IMG/VR virus record: IMGVR_UViG_3300017913_002479 | Location: 1-47,808 of that record | Source: a virus | Taxonomy: Duplodnaviria; Caudoviricetes | Strand: one strand, 5' to 3' | DNA: 47,808 bases | Shown here: piece by piece, positions 18,068 to 27,856 of the stretch | Numbering within the stretch: position 1 is the stretch's first letter | Layout of the letters: the number at the start of each line of letters is the position of its first letter | Made by a program: the position numbers and the translations under genes | Notes under the pieces: model-generated | What the model saw: only the letters and a program-made list of their open reading frames with translations | The model's database searches: none | What the model was told of the DNA's origin: nothing

Positions 18068-18688
18068 CCAACTAATTACCCATTTGAAGCTTTTTCCTGT
18101 GCTGGCATTTTCTTGGCGTTCAATGTGAAAGCCTAGGCCTTGGAAATGTTTGATCACTTGATTCATTTGATCAGTTTTTGCACGGTCTGTTGCAGTGCCT
18201 TTCCATACATTGTAGTATGTAACACTGGTAGGGTTTGATGCACTGTATGTTTGTGCTGTAAAGCCCAAGTCGGTGTTTGCTGTGCCTGCACCTACTGCTA
18301 CATCCCATGCTGTGCTGGCTGTATGAGTATAGGTAATTACCAAGTTACCGCTTGAGTTTTTACTGGCTTTGACGCCGGTGATTTCAGCATCATTGATGTC
18401 AGCAATTATAGCATTTAGACTTGTACCACTGGTACCCAATGTAACTGTACTGCCTGCAATAATGAAAGTATTACCACTGGTAATTGTAGGGTTGGCAACT
18501 GTACCAGTGATGGTTGTAGCTGGTGTAGCTTCTGTCATATCTGTACCATCTGCAACTGTTGTGCTGTACGCACCTGCGTCTGCATCGCTGATAATTTCCT
18601 TGGTCAAGTTGTACACTTCGTCAAGTATAATGGAATCAGCTCTTGCGTCAATTTTTGCTTGTGTTGCATTTATAGTATAGATTGTCAT
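18065..18688 (-). CDS. Putative structural protein
   Basis: Thr/Gly-rich; IIADINDA-I-GV-AS motif typical of tail/sheath insertion domains. Confidence 0.6.
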   Translation of the reverse strand: MTIYTINATQAKIDARADSIILDEVYNLTKEIISDADAGAYSTTVADGTDMTEATPATTITGTVANPTITSGNTFIIAGSTVTLGTSGTSLNAIIADINDAEITGVKASKNSSGNLVITYTHTASTAWDVAVGAGTANTDLGFTAQTYSASNPTSVTYYNVWKGTATDRAKTDQMNQVIKHFQGLGFHIERQENASTGKSFKWVISW

Positions 18689-19011
18689 GCGAGCTCATCC
18701 TTTGCTTGTTTGGTTGCCATCTTGTTTACACGGTCTTTGCTTTTTTCTAAATCGTCTCCAGGTTCAGCTGCTGAACGATTGGTTACCACGCTAATTGTAT
18801 CACGATCAGCACTTTTTACAATTGGTATATTTTGTAAAAGTTGCTGTAGCTGGGCACGATTGATAGTGTATCCGCTGCGTCTAAGATCTTTTAGTATTTG
18901 CACAGTACCTACATTTGTAAGGCCTTCGGCAGCAATCGCAGTCAGTAGACTGATGACTGTGTCACGAAGTTCATCTACGTTATCTTCGCATATGATCTGT
19001 GCAATGTACAC
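18685..19011 (-). CDS. Hypothetical virion-associated protein
   Basis: 108 aa, GTG start; N-terminal IICE resembles a prohead-protease site. Confidence 0.65.
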   Translation of the reverse strand: MYIAQIICEDNVDELRDTVISLLTAIAAEGLTNVGTVQILKDLRRSGYTINRAQLQQLLQNIPIVKSADRDTISVVTNRSAAEPGDDLEKSKDRVNKMATKQAKDELA

Positions 19012-19013
19012 GG

Positions 19014-19805
19014 TTATGCTCCGATGCTGGCTTTGATACGCTCTAGATCAGCACGTGAAATTTTACCATTTGCGGTGCTTTCTTGTACGCTTTTTAGAGC
19101 TGCCATGATTTGATCGTCGATGCTTTCTTTCATTTCACGACCTGCTTCTTCATCGTCGCCTGCTACTGCATCAGCACCACCAAAGTCGTCGCCAACTGGC
19201 TCCATTTCACCATCGTCGTCGGTGTCAATTTCCATATCGCCGAATCCGTCATCTGCGCCCATGTCTGCATCCATATCTGCACCCATGTCATTTGCAGGAG
19301 CATCGCCTTGCAGTACCATCACTGCATTGTCATATGCTTCCTTTGCACCTTTGACACCATCAAGCAATCCAGCCAGTGCTGATTCAGCAGCCTGTTCAAA
19401 TGCTTGTGCTTGCTCAATGCCAAACTGTTCTTTCATTGCAGTAACAATTGGCATCATATCCTGTACTTGGAATTTGGCAATATCTTCTGCCATGTCCTGT
19501 AGCTTGTCGCCAATCTCTTGTGCTGCTAGAATAACTTCAGCACCTTCAACTGCTTCACTGCCAACGTTTTCGTTTAGCATTTCTGCTAGACGTAGTGTGG
19601 CCGCTTCACGAATGAAAACATAAAGATCACGTGTTGGACCTTTTGCTTCACGAAGTTTTGTTTCTACTTTTGTTTTTAGTCCTTGTACGTCTGACTCAGT
19701 CATTTCGTCCCAACGACCTACCCAGTCAAAACGACTTTCTAAAATCTTTTTCACTTGGGCAAAATCATATTTTTTGTTCATATCTGAAATTTGCATGGTA
19801 ACCAT
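19014..19805 (-). CDS. Acidic helical head-associated protein
   Basis: 263 aa; D/M/G-rich linker; L-x-E sites; late motif ATAAATA upstream. The true start may be MQISD. Confidence 0.7.
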   Translation of the reverse strand: MVTMQISDMNKKYDFAQVKKILESRFDWVGRWDEMTESDVQGLKTKVETKLREAKGPTRDLYVFIREAATLRLAEMLNENVGSEAVEGAEVILAAQEIGDKLQDMAEDIAKFQVQDMMPIVTAMKEQFGIEQAQAFEQAAESALAGLLDGVKGAKEAYDNAVMVLQGDAPANDMGADMDADMGADDGFGDMEIDTDDDGEMEPVGDDFGGADAVAGDDEEAGREMKESIDDQIMAALKSVQESTANGKISRADLERIKASIGA

Positions 19806-19835
19806 CCTCTGTGTTTATTAGGTTATATGTATTTA

Positions 19836-20273
19836 TTATCTGTTACGGATTATTTCGTGTTTGATCTGTTCCAACTTGGCTTCGCTGTGTGTTGCTTTGG
19901 CCCAGTGAACAGCTTTGTCTGTCTGCACAGCTCTACGTTTGTGCACAATAGTTTCGTATAGTTTGCTGCCGTATACATTGTCACGTTCAATTGCACGGTC
20001 TACACGACGATGATCGTTGTCGATCAATCCTTCTACGATCTGTTTGCAGGTAGCTGCCAGTGCAACATTTTCATACAGTCGGCGTCCTTTGTAAGACACA
20101 GTGTAAAATGTTTTACGAGTACCGGCAAATTCCAACAATTGCTTGGTTACTGTAAAGTCTCCGATGATTACACCACTATCACTGCGTTCTGTCAGCATGC
20201 TGGTGACCACACGTCTATCTAAATTTTCAATGATATGGCGAGATTTGTTTTCAATCTCGTTGATTGCAACCAT
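19836..20273 (-). CDS. Hypothetical protein
   Basis: 145 aa in a coupled operon. Confidence 0.7.
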   Translation of the reverse strand: MVAINEIENKSRHIIENLDRRVVTSMLTERSDSGVIIGDFTVTKQLLEFAGTRKTFYTVSYKGRRLYENVALAATCKQIVEGLIDNDHRRVDRAIERDNVYGSKLYETIVHKRRAVQTDKAVHWAKATHSEAKLEQIKHEIIRNR

Positions 20274-20485
20274 TAGTAATTTCCTTTACACATCCTATAA
20301 TATGCAGTTTTTTCTTTTACTGCTTTTTCAAGTATACCTCTACTTACCAACTGTTGAGCAATGTAACTTTCACGCTCAGTTAGATCTCGTTTACAAACTG
20401 ATTCACGCATGCAACGTTCTAGAAATTTATATTCTCTGTTGCTCAATGGTTGTGCAATACCGTTTGGTGCTGTGAACATTCTCAT
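20273..20485 (-). CDS. Small protein, possible winged helix
   Basis: LTERESYIAQQLVSRGIL pattern. Confidence 0.6.
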   Translation of the reverse strand: MRMFTAPNGIAQPLSNREYKFLERCMRESVCKRDLTERESYIAQQLVSRGILEKAVKEKTAYYRMCKGNY

Positions 20486-20970
20486 TTGCGACCTGCCAAT
20501 TTCTTCAGCATTTCGATATCTCTGCGATTTTGATCTGCCTTTTGTGCATTTACCGAGGAAAGGTTTCGATTTTGCTGTACAGTTTGTGTGTTTTGTGCTT
20601 GTTGGTTTGGAGGAGTACGTGCAGCAGTTGGTTGCAATTGTGTTGTTTGTTTTACTGCTGGTGATGTGATTTTAGGCATACTGCGTTTTGCAGCATTTTG
20701 TGCTGCTGCGTTTGCCTGTCTATCTTGACTGGTTGGTCTTATACCATACCCTTCTTCTAAATCTATATCTGTTTTGTTTTTCAATATGCGCATTGCATAT
20801 GCTTTGTCGCCATTTTCTACAGCGTCACTGAGTTTGAGTGTATCTGAAATACTCATAGCACGTGCAATCTTACGTGCTTCTGCTACACTGATATCAACAT
20901 CAAATTCTACTTCCAAATAGTTTTTGATTGCAACATGTGTTGCTTTACCATAATCGTCAAGTGTTCTCAT
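20482..20970 (-). CDS. Putative head protein with C-terminal LKKLAG motif
   Basis: 162 aa; Q-rich linker; ends MLKKLAGRK. Confidence 0.7.
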   Translation of the reverse strand: MRTLDDYGKATHVAIKNYLEVEFDVDISVAEARKIARAMSISDTLKLSDAVENGDKAYAMRILKNKTDIDLEEGYGIRPTSQDRQANAAAQNAAKRSMPKITSPAVKQTTQLQPTAARTPPNQQAQNTQTVQQNRNLSSVNAQKADQNRRDIEMLKKLAGRK

Positions 20971-21251
20971 CGATTCATCCTCTGCACTGCTTTGCTTGCT
21001 GGGTTGAAACGTTTTGTGCGCTGTGCTTTACGTGCCATGCGGCTGCCCATTTTAGCCTTTGTCTTTTTTAGAGTGAAACGTTTTTTCAAATCAACAGGAG
21101 CCATACACTGACTTGGGTTGCTAACAACACGGCCTTTGCGTTTACCAATGGTGCAACGATACTTGCGGGTAATACTTTTGCCGCTGCGAGCCCATACTAG
21201 CTTGCTTTCAACTACGTCAGAATTGTCTTGTGTCATTTCATCTAAGTTCAT
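20967..21251 (-). CDS. Small basic virion protein
   Basis: Acidic propeptide ending VVE, then a K/R-rich RCT-G-RKGRVV---QC segment; TATAAATA 5 nt upstream. Confidence 0.7.
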   Translation of the reverse strand: MNLDEMTQDNSDVVESKLVWARSGKSITRKYRCTIGKRKGRVVSNPSQCMAPVDLKKRFTLKKTKAKMGSRMARKAQRTKRFNPASKAVQRMNR

Positions 21252-21256
21252 AAAAC

Positions 21257-21264
21257 TATTTATA
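21257..21264 (-). promoter_or_regulatory. T4-type late promoter
   Basis: Exact TATAAATA, 5 nt before the ATG at 21251. Confidence 0.75.
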
Positions 21265-21272
21265 CGGAAAGA

Positions 21273-21539
21273 TTATAAGTTGGCTATAATTACAACAATA
21301 GTGCTCAATAGCCCTGCAATAACTGTGCCTGCACTGCCAATTATTACTTTTGTATTAGTGTTTGCACTGCGCTCAATTTTTAAAGCAAGATCGTTCATGG
21401 CCGTGTTCATCGTGTCTGTTTGTTGATGTACACGATCCATTTGCGACTGAAGGTTGGTCATCTTCTCCTCGAGAACCTGGTACCTTGCTGCGCACAGATC
21501 AACATGTGCTTCTAAATTTTCACGCTCTAACTGAGACAT
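21273..21539 (-). CDS. Coiled-coil protein with C-terminal TM helix (holin/XhlA-like topology)
   Basis: LEAHVDLCAARY, heptad repeats, hydrophobic C-terminus. Confidence 0.65.
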   Translation of the reverse strand: MSQLERENLEAHVDLCAARYQVLEEKMTNLQSQMDRVHQQTDTMNTAMNDLALKIERSANTNTKVIIGSAGTVIAGLLSTIVVIIANL

Positions 21540-21619
21540 TCTTCGCTACTCTTGCTTTCGTCTAATGACGCTATCAATGTTGCCTAAATGTTTTTTGCCT
21601 GGTTTTTGTGCCTATGTAG

Positions 21620-22537
21620 TTATTTAGCACAAATACGAGATTTCCATTGGTAAAAACGTTCTATTGCATCGTTCATACTTTCGCTAAATGGACGTTCATT
21701 TAGTATGTCTTGTCTAAATTGAACAATGTAATCATATGGATCGTCAATTACATCCAACTCTGGCCATCGAGATCTATTCACACATTTCATGTAATGTCTG
21801 ATAACAGGGTCAGGAATTGCATCTACTCGATCAGCATGGATATATTTTTCAGGTGCAGCACAGCTAAACAATCCACGTGGTCTTGTGTTTTTCATTTCAT
21901 ATACTCGTATCCAATCGTGTATAATATCTGACAGTCCTGTATGATATAAGTCCAATTGTTTCATCAATTCAAGAACACGCACTGTGTTGAATATGTGTGT
22001 ATTTTTTATTGTAAGGTGACCGTCATTGTGCAGGTTTGTAGCTTTGTGTGCCACAATGCTTAGACTTTTTTTGTACCATTGCAGCGCATTGTGATGTCGT
22101 TTGACAATATCGTCAAGATCATCATCACAGAACCACCAACGATCCAACATGAATTGTATATTGAACTCAGTGCCGGCTTCTACTCTCACAACCACAGTAT
22201 CCGGATCTGTGTAGATCTCAGGTTCGATACTGTGGAAAAACCATACACTAGGTCTATTGCTGCCCAATTTGATAGCACGCCAAGCGTCGGCAGTGAGATT
22301 GGTGCGATGTTGCCGATACCAATTCTGTGCCATTGGGTGTGCTGTAGCACTTACACTGGTGTGGCACAAACTGGTCCAACAGTATCTCACATATTGATCG
22401 TCTGCTGTTTCGCTTACAATCTCATGGCTTCTGTTTTGATCACTGTCCCATTGTATTGCACGACTGAAATTTAGTAGTCTTACAAGAAAGTTGCCACTGA
22501 GCCCAGCATCCGCTAAAACAATTACAAATTTATTCAT
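21620..22537 (-). CDS. Hypothetical protein, possible sulfotransferase-like fold
   Basis: N-terminal beta strand plus AGLSGNFLVRLL, similar to the start of 35543-36118. Confidence 0.45.
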   Translation of the reverse strand: MNKFVIVLADAGLSGNFLVRLLNFSRAIQWDSDQNRSHEIVSETADDQYVRYCWTSLCHTSVSATAHPMAQNWYRQHRTNLTADAWRAIKLGSNRPSVWFFHSIEPEIYTDPDTVVVRVEAGTEFNIQFMLDRWWFCDDDLDDIVKRHHNALQWYKKSLSIVAHKATNLHNDGHLTIKNTHIFNTVRVLELMKQLDLYHTGLSDIIHDWIRVYEMKNTRPRGLFSCAAPEKYIHADRVDAIPDPVIRHYMKCVNRSRWPELDVIDDPYDYIVQFRQDILNERPFSESMNDAIERFYQWKSRICAK

Positions 22538-22904
22538 TTACAAATACCGTATTGTTGTCAAATTCAATGCTGTGCTGTGCGTGTGTTTCGCCTACACTGT
22601 CATGCACAGGTATACCGTCAAGATCATGTTGTAGTTGTTCTTGTGTTACATTGTGTTCTGTTTCAAAAGAAAATGTCCACACATGATGCTCGCCGCTGTG
22701 ATGACCAGCAAACACATTGTCCACTGTCATTGTTTGTTGCTGCACTTGAGGATTGAACAACTGGCTACGCAAACTGCATGCCTGTACAAAAGTATTGTAG
22801 TTTTGGTATCTATAATAGTCTTTGTTGTTTTTGTCTCTGCAACGTTGGTTGCTCATTGATATCAGAGTGTGTATTTTGAATTGATTATATTCTGATTGAT
22901 CCAT
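22530..22904 (-). CDS. Hypothetical protein
   Basis: 124 aa; QN-NTF-Q--SLR-Q and W-F-F motifs. Confidence 0.65.
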   Translation of the reverse strand: MDQSEYNQFKIHTLISMSNQRCRDKNNKDYYRYQNYNTFVQACSLRSQLFNPQVQQQTMTVDNVFAGHHSGEHHVWTFSFETEHNVTQEQLQHDLDGIPVHDSVGETHAQHSIEFDNNTVFVNE

Positions 22905-22907
22905 ACA

Positions 22908-23552
22908 TTATCCGCTTACTGCCCGCTTACCCAAATAGTAACCAGCTGCGGCTGCACCTGCATACTTTGCTGCTTTTGGTATCCCACCACGTTTTGTGCT
23001 TGGTGCTATGCCATAACCTGCACTGTTCAACAACTTGAGTGTGCTGTACAGTTGTCCATAGCGTCCGTTTGCACGATAAAATCTGTCCAGTTTTCTCAAC
23101 ACTGTAGCACGAGCATTGTTGTTTAGATCTGGCCATGCCTGTACACTGCGTCTAATACTTTTCAGTTCACTGTTTTTACCTGCTAATTCAGTTTCCATTT
23201 TCAGCATCAAGCCACGTGCTTCGCTATCGCTGAGTTTGCCTGATGCAATACCGTTGAGATATCGCTTGTATGCTGCATCACTGAAACGTGGATTATCAGC
23301 TTTGGCAAAATGCAGTGCATTGTAAAGGTCTGTGCTCATGATTCTACGCTTGTCAAAGTTTCTGTAACGCATTGTGTCACGTGCATGATCTTGTGCGTAT
23401 TCTCGATACTGCGGATCATTGAACAGTATGTACAGTGTATTTAGATCTGCAAAAGCAAACTCTGCTTTTTGCACATCAGTCATTGCGTCACTGCGACTTT
23501 TTGTTCTAAACTGACTTGCTTCTGATATTTCATGTAAAAATTCTAATTTCAT
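22908..23552 (-). CDS. Putative head-packaged protein
   Basis: N-terminus MKLEFLHEISE resembles a processed propeptide; Ala/Gly-rich C-terminal helix. Confidence 0.7.
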   Translation of the reverse strand: MKLEFLHEISEASQFRTKSRSDAMTDVQKAEFAFADLNTLYILFNDPQYREYAQDHARDTMRYRNFDKRRIMSTDLYNALHFAKADNPRFSDAAYKRYLNGIASGKLSDSEARGLMLKMETELAGKNSELKSIRRSVQAWPDLNNNARATVLRKLDRFYRANGRYGQLYSTLKLLNSAGYGIAPSTKRGGIPKAAKYAGAAAAGYYLGKRAVSG

Positions 23553-25570
23553 TATCTTTCCTTAGCCATGTTTGCTGCTGTGAATCCACTGCGCTTTACC
23601 AACTTCATGTCTTTACCAACAACATATCCCTCGCCGCCACGCTTGCCGTCTGTGTATGCTTCAATGTCAGCAGGCTGTTCGTCCATGTGTGAGATAATTT
23701 TATCTTTTACTGCACTGATCTGATTAAAGATGTGCCACATGTTGTTGAACACTTGCTGATTACCTTTGATGTATTCTGTTACACGTTGTTTTTTGACGTC
23801 TGATATTCTTGCACTCTGTAACCATGCACCAAAGTTTTTACCAGGTGTGTCGCCTGTTTTTACAGTGCTATTTACGTGTGCATACAGCAGGTCTTGGAAG
23901 TCTGACATTTTCAATTCTGCTGGTGGATTTATAAATTGGTCAATGTTGCCTGCACGATTCAACTTGGCTTGAATGGTTTGCAGTTCTTTTTGATACTGCC
24001 CAGCTGCATCCGGTACTTGTGGATTTACAGGAGGCATGATAAGCAGACTGCCAGTTTTGAATCCTTGAATGTCCGGTGCAGTTTTTGCACCTGATTCGTC
24101 GATATGAACATGTACCACTACGCCAACTGAACTGGCGGCAATCTTTTTACCAATGTCGCTGTTGGTGTCAACTGAATATGTTGTTGTGTTGGGTGTAAAC
24201 ACAAATCTACCTTTTTCAACACCTGGTGTTGAATAGTACATGAGGTCGCCTAGCAAATATCCTCTAAAGTCTTCAGGTGTTGCACTCTCAATGGTGTTCC
24301 AGATGCCTCGCATACGAGCTGCAAAGTCTTTGCGATCCTGTACTTTTTCTGGTGTAGGGTCTTTCATTTTACGACCCAAGAACATTTTTTCCAACGCTTG
24401 TGGTTCAGTTACTCTGCCATTGTATCCTTTGGCACTAAATCCGCTTTTGTCAGTGAGCACAAACTCGCCTGCTTGATTTCTACCAAATACAATTGCAGGT
24501 GAACCATCCCATTTGATAGTTGTGTTGCTGCTGTTGTTTTTCAGTGTGGCCAATGTTTCAATTGCACGTTTGCCGCCTGCACTACCGTGGAAAAGCAATA
24601 GATCCTCAATGTGATTGATTTCTCTGCCTTTTTGTTTTTCGTTTAGTGCAGAACTTTCACCAAGTTCTGTGGGCATGCCCAACTGTTGTATAGCTGGATT
24701 GTCTTTGAATGCACTGATAGCTTGATTTACCACGTCTGGTTTGTGATTCTTTTTCAGTGCTGCCAACAGTGTTTCAAAACTGTATAGGTCATCACCACTG
24801 TTGAGGCCCAGCTGTTTTGCAATTTCATCTACATCTTTGTAAGGACCTTTTAGAATAGTGTTGCTGTTTTTCTTTGTGTAACCTGTTCCTGCTTTATTTG
24901 GAACTGGTGTACGTTTTACACGAATCAATCCGTCAGTGGGCGACCACATCCAACGCTGTTGTTCTAGTGGTCTTCCATCGTCTGTACGCTGTTCTGAATT
25001 CTTTACATTCAATGCACCAGCAATGCTGGCAATCATAATGTTACGATGTGTGCCTTTGTACTTGCTGTGCTTTCCGTCTTTGCTCATGCCTTTTTCATGT
25101 GGTGCATGATAGTATGTTTTCATCCATTCAGGATTTCCAGGCATAAAATCTACCTGTACTTTGCCTGTACGTGCACGACCGTCTGCTTGTTTGCTGTTGT
25201 CGTATCCAACAATATCAACTGTGGTCATAAACACGCTGCTTTTTTTGACATCTTTGATGCTGGGTGCTGCTGCCAACCGATCAGCAAACTTTGCCAGCTC
25301 TTCCGGACTGTCAATTTTGATTGCAATATCAATATCACCAGAAAATTCTTTCTTACCCACTGATCCCAGTGTGTTGTTGCGCAACGGCATGCCCAGTTCT
25401 TTTTCGAGTTTGCGCAGTGTCGGTTCAATTTCGCTGTGGTGAATAGCACCTACACCAGCCTGTGCACCACCTTCTTTCAGGTTGTGCAATGCCTTGCCCA
25501 GTATACGCTTTTTTCTAGGTCCTCTCCAGCTGCGCTTTTTTGATCCGCCAATGATATCTTTAATTTGCAT
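23552..25570 (-). CDS. Fusion of Pol-beta-family nucleotidyltransferase and ATP-dependent (RNA) ligase-like domain
   Basis: GSVGKKEFSGDIDIA plus VQVDFM (NTase triad); KWDG, GDLMY, EGYVV, KLV (ligase motifs I, III, IV, V). Confidence 0.75.
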   Translation of the reverse strand: MQIKDIIGGSKKRSWRGPRKKRILGKALHNLKEGGAQAGVGAIHHSEIEPTLRKLEKELGMPLRNNTLGSVGKKEFSGDIDIAIKIDSPEELAKFADRLAAAPSIKDVKKSSVFMTTVDIVGYDNSKQADGRARTGKVQVDFMPGNPEWMKTYYHAPHEKGMSKDGKHSKYKGTHRNIMIASIAGALNVKNSEQRTDDGRPLEQQRWMWSPTDGLIRVKRTPVPNKAGTGYTKKNSNTILKGPYKDVDEIAKQLGLNSGDDLYSFETLLAALKKNHKPDVVNQAISAFKDNPAIQQLGMPTELGESSALNEKQKGREINHIEDLLLFHGSAGGKRAIETLATLKNNSSNTTIKWDGSPAIVFGRNQAGEFVLTDKSGFSAKGYNGRVTEPQALEKMFLGRKMKDPTPEKVQDRKDFAARMRGIWNTIESATPEDFRGYLLGDLMYYSTPGVEKGRFVFTPNTTTYSVDTNSDIGKKIAASSVGVVVHVHIDESGAKTAPDIQGFKTGSLLIMPPVNPQVPDAAGQYQKELQTIQAKLNRAGNIDQFINPPAELKMSDFQDLLYAHVNSTVKTGDTPGKNFGAWLQSARISDVKKQRVTEYIKGNQQVFNNMWHIFNQISAVKDKIISHMDEQPADIEAYTDGKRGGEGYVVGKDMKLVKRSGFTAANMAKER

Positions 25571-25811
25571 TTTTTCTAATCTTTTTTATACCACGTTCAA
25601 AAATAGTCTTGTCTCTATTTTTCAAGCTGAGCATAAAACGTTTGCGCAAATCTGCACTTTGTTCGTCATCAAAGTTCTTTTCAATAAATTCCAACAACTG
25701 TATAGCACCGCTCAACACATTTTCGCTGCGATGTTGTACAACTTGGTCCTTGCTTGTACGAGGAGCAATTGCATTAATTTCTTCTAATATACTGCGTGTT
25801 TTCTTTTTCAT
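25560..25811 (-). CDS. Conserved small phage protein
   Basis: 83 aa; TRSILEEI N-terminus; GGAGG SD and late motif upstream. Confidence 0.75.
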   Translation of the reverse strand: MKKKTRSILEEINAIAPRTSKDQVVQHRSENVLSGAIQLLEFIEKNFDDEQSADLRKRFMLSLKNRDKTIFERGIKKIRKNAN

Positions 25812-25838
25812 GGCTCAGCCTCCAGTATAGTATTTATC

Positions 25839-27224
25839 CTAGTCCTGTTTTTTGAGAATACTGCGTAATCTATCAGTGTTGATAGCTGCACTTTGCTGCC
25901 CTACAGGTTCTTCTACACGTGCTTTGCCTACCAGTGTGCTGCTGCTTTTCAATTTGTTGTAAATGTCACTGGCTTGTGCTTCTTCGCCTTGCTGATCTTC
26001 GTCCAAGTCTGTGATACGCAGTGTTTCCATGTCGTATCCAAGATCCAATTTTGTACCAACACCTGAACTACTACGTGTTTTCATAAATTGAATCTGTACA
26101 CGCCCACGCTCACGCATTGCTCTGCTGCTGAAAATACCAATCAAGTTGTCTGCTGTGTTGATCTTACTGATACCGCCTGCAATATGACTGTGATCAAACT
26201 CCACTTCATCAACTGCTGCACGGTTCAACTGCGATGCTGTTACAAACAACATGTTCAATTCAATTGCCAAGTTGCGCAATTCTTCTGATACAAATTTATC
26301 TTTGATAAACTGATCACTTGGATTTACTTTTACTGTAACTGGCATCATCAAATCCAAATAGTCTACGAACAGTGCATCTACTTTGATGCCTTTTTGAATT
26401 TGCAATTCTTTTACATATGCACGGATGTCGTTTACTGTACTGCCATTGGGCATTTGTATGATTTGCAACACGCCTGCTTTCTTTGCTGCCATGCGCACTT
26501 TCAGTTCTACATCTTCTGCATTGCGCATTACATCACGTGTGCTCATGTCAGTGAGCATTGCATCCAATCGCATGCTGCACAATTCTTCACTGAGTTCCAA
26601 ACTGATGTACACAACATTCTTACCTGCCTGTGCCCAGTTTAGTGCCATGTTCTGCATGAACAAACTTTTACCAGAACCCGAGCCGCCTGCAAAAATATTC
26701 AGTTCACCTGGATTGAATCCACCATACAATATCTTGTCCAAGCTCTCCCAGCCTGTACTGTTTTGTCCTCTGTTGTTTTTGATAGTTTCAATACGTTCAA
26801 GCGGGTCGTCCCAGTAGTTCAAGCCAAAGTCTTTGGCAAGTCCAATTCCTACTGCATCTTTGATCAGCTGTTCTACTTTGCCATAATCGCTTTTCTCCAA
26901 CAGATCAGTGCTGGCCAGAATTGCTTTTTCCAATCCTTTGTGCCTTGCAAACTTTTCAAAGTCATCTAGAAACCATTCTTTGTGATTGTCTGTGATAGTG
27001 TCTTTGATCTCTTGCAAGTCCATGTTGGTTACTGCATACACCTGCTCTGCTGTGGGCATTTCGCTGTAGTCACGAGCATGACTTTGTATAAACTCCACTG
27101 TGCTGCGCAATGGACGATCAAAATGATCAGCATCCATGATATTGTTTACTCTGGTGAACAGCTCATGATCTGTCATCATAAACTCTAAATAGAGTTTTTG
27201 TAATTCTTGACTGTATTCGCTCAT
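25839..27224 (-). CDS. Replicative DnaB-like helicase (T4 gp41-like)
   Basis: Walker A GGSGSGKS, ISLELSE, VDYLDLM, TASQLNR, KTR motifs. Confidence 0.93.
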   Translation of the reverse strand: MSEYSQELQKLYLEFMMTDHELFTRVNNIMDADHFDRPLRSTVEFIQSHARDYSEMPTAEQVYAVTNMDLQEIKDTITDNHKEWFLDDFEKFARHKGLEKAILASTDLLEKSDYGKVEQLIKDAVGIGLAKDFGLNYWDDPLERIETIKNNRGQNSTGWESLDKILYGGFNPGELNIFAGGSGSGKSLFMQNMALNWAQAGKNVVYISLELSEELCSMRLDAMLTDMSTRDVMRNAEDVELKVRMAAKKAGVLQIIQMPNGSTVNDIRAYVKELQIQKGIKVDALFVDYLDLMMPVTVKVNPSDQFIKDKFVSEELRNLAIELNMLFVTASQLNRAAVDEVEFDHSHIAGGISKINTADNLIGIFSSRAMRERGRVQIQFMKTRSSSGVGTKLDLGYDMETLRITDLDEDQQGEEAQASDIYNKLKSSSTLVGKARVEEPVGQQSAAINTDRLRSILKKQD

Positions 27225-27856
27225 ACAACCCTCTCGTATTTTTCTAATATGTGTGCATAGTCATTTATGTTCGGTGACCATACACCAATAAATGTTGATT
27301 CTGGTTCGTCGCTATCACTGTATTTTGCCATGTCGTATACCCAAAAGCCATGTTGTGCAGCCACTTGATAATTTGCAATATGCTGTTCACGACTCACAGC
27401 AAACCACTCATCGATTCCATTGCCGTCCAGTGTTTCGCTAAAGTAAAAACCGTTTACTGCGGGCTGCCAACGAAGAAATGTCTCCATACTGGTTTCGATA
27501 GTAGCATCAACATCACCATCGTCAATTATAATATCCCATGGACCAGGAAATCTCTCCACTGTGTCTGCACTGTTGCTGTTCCAGCCCCAATGCAAATCCA
27601 AGTCGTATGCAAATGTTTGTTCACACTTGCGACGAAACTTTTCTCTGCTGTGTTCTTTTACCACAGTGAGTTCAGGATAATCCAATACGTCAAATCCAGT
27701 TACAGTCATACCCATGTCTTGCCATTGCCAATGACTGGTGCCTCCAGTGCATCCCCATTCCAACAAGGTTTGAGGGTTGCTGGCATGAATAAGATCCATG
27801 TACAACGGCAAAAATCCTCTGCGCTGTCTACGCCATTTTACACGATGTTGAGTCAT
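27221..27856 (-). CDS. Class I SAM-dependent methyltransferase-like protein
   Basis: LLEWGCTGGTS, VTGFD, WDIIIDDG motifs. Confidence 0.65.
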   Translation of the reverse strand: MTQHRVKWRRQRRGFLPLYMDLIHASNPQTLLEWGCTGGTSHWQWQDMGMTVTGFDVLDYPELTVVKEHSREKFRRKCEQTFAYDLDLHWGWNSNSADTVERFPGPWDIIIDDGDVDATIETSMETFLRWQPAVNGFYFSETLDGNGIDEWFAVSREQHIANYQVAAQHGFWVYDMAKYSDSDEPESTFIGVWSPNINDYAHILEKYERVV

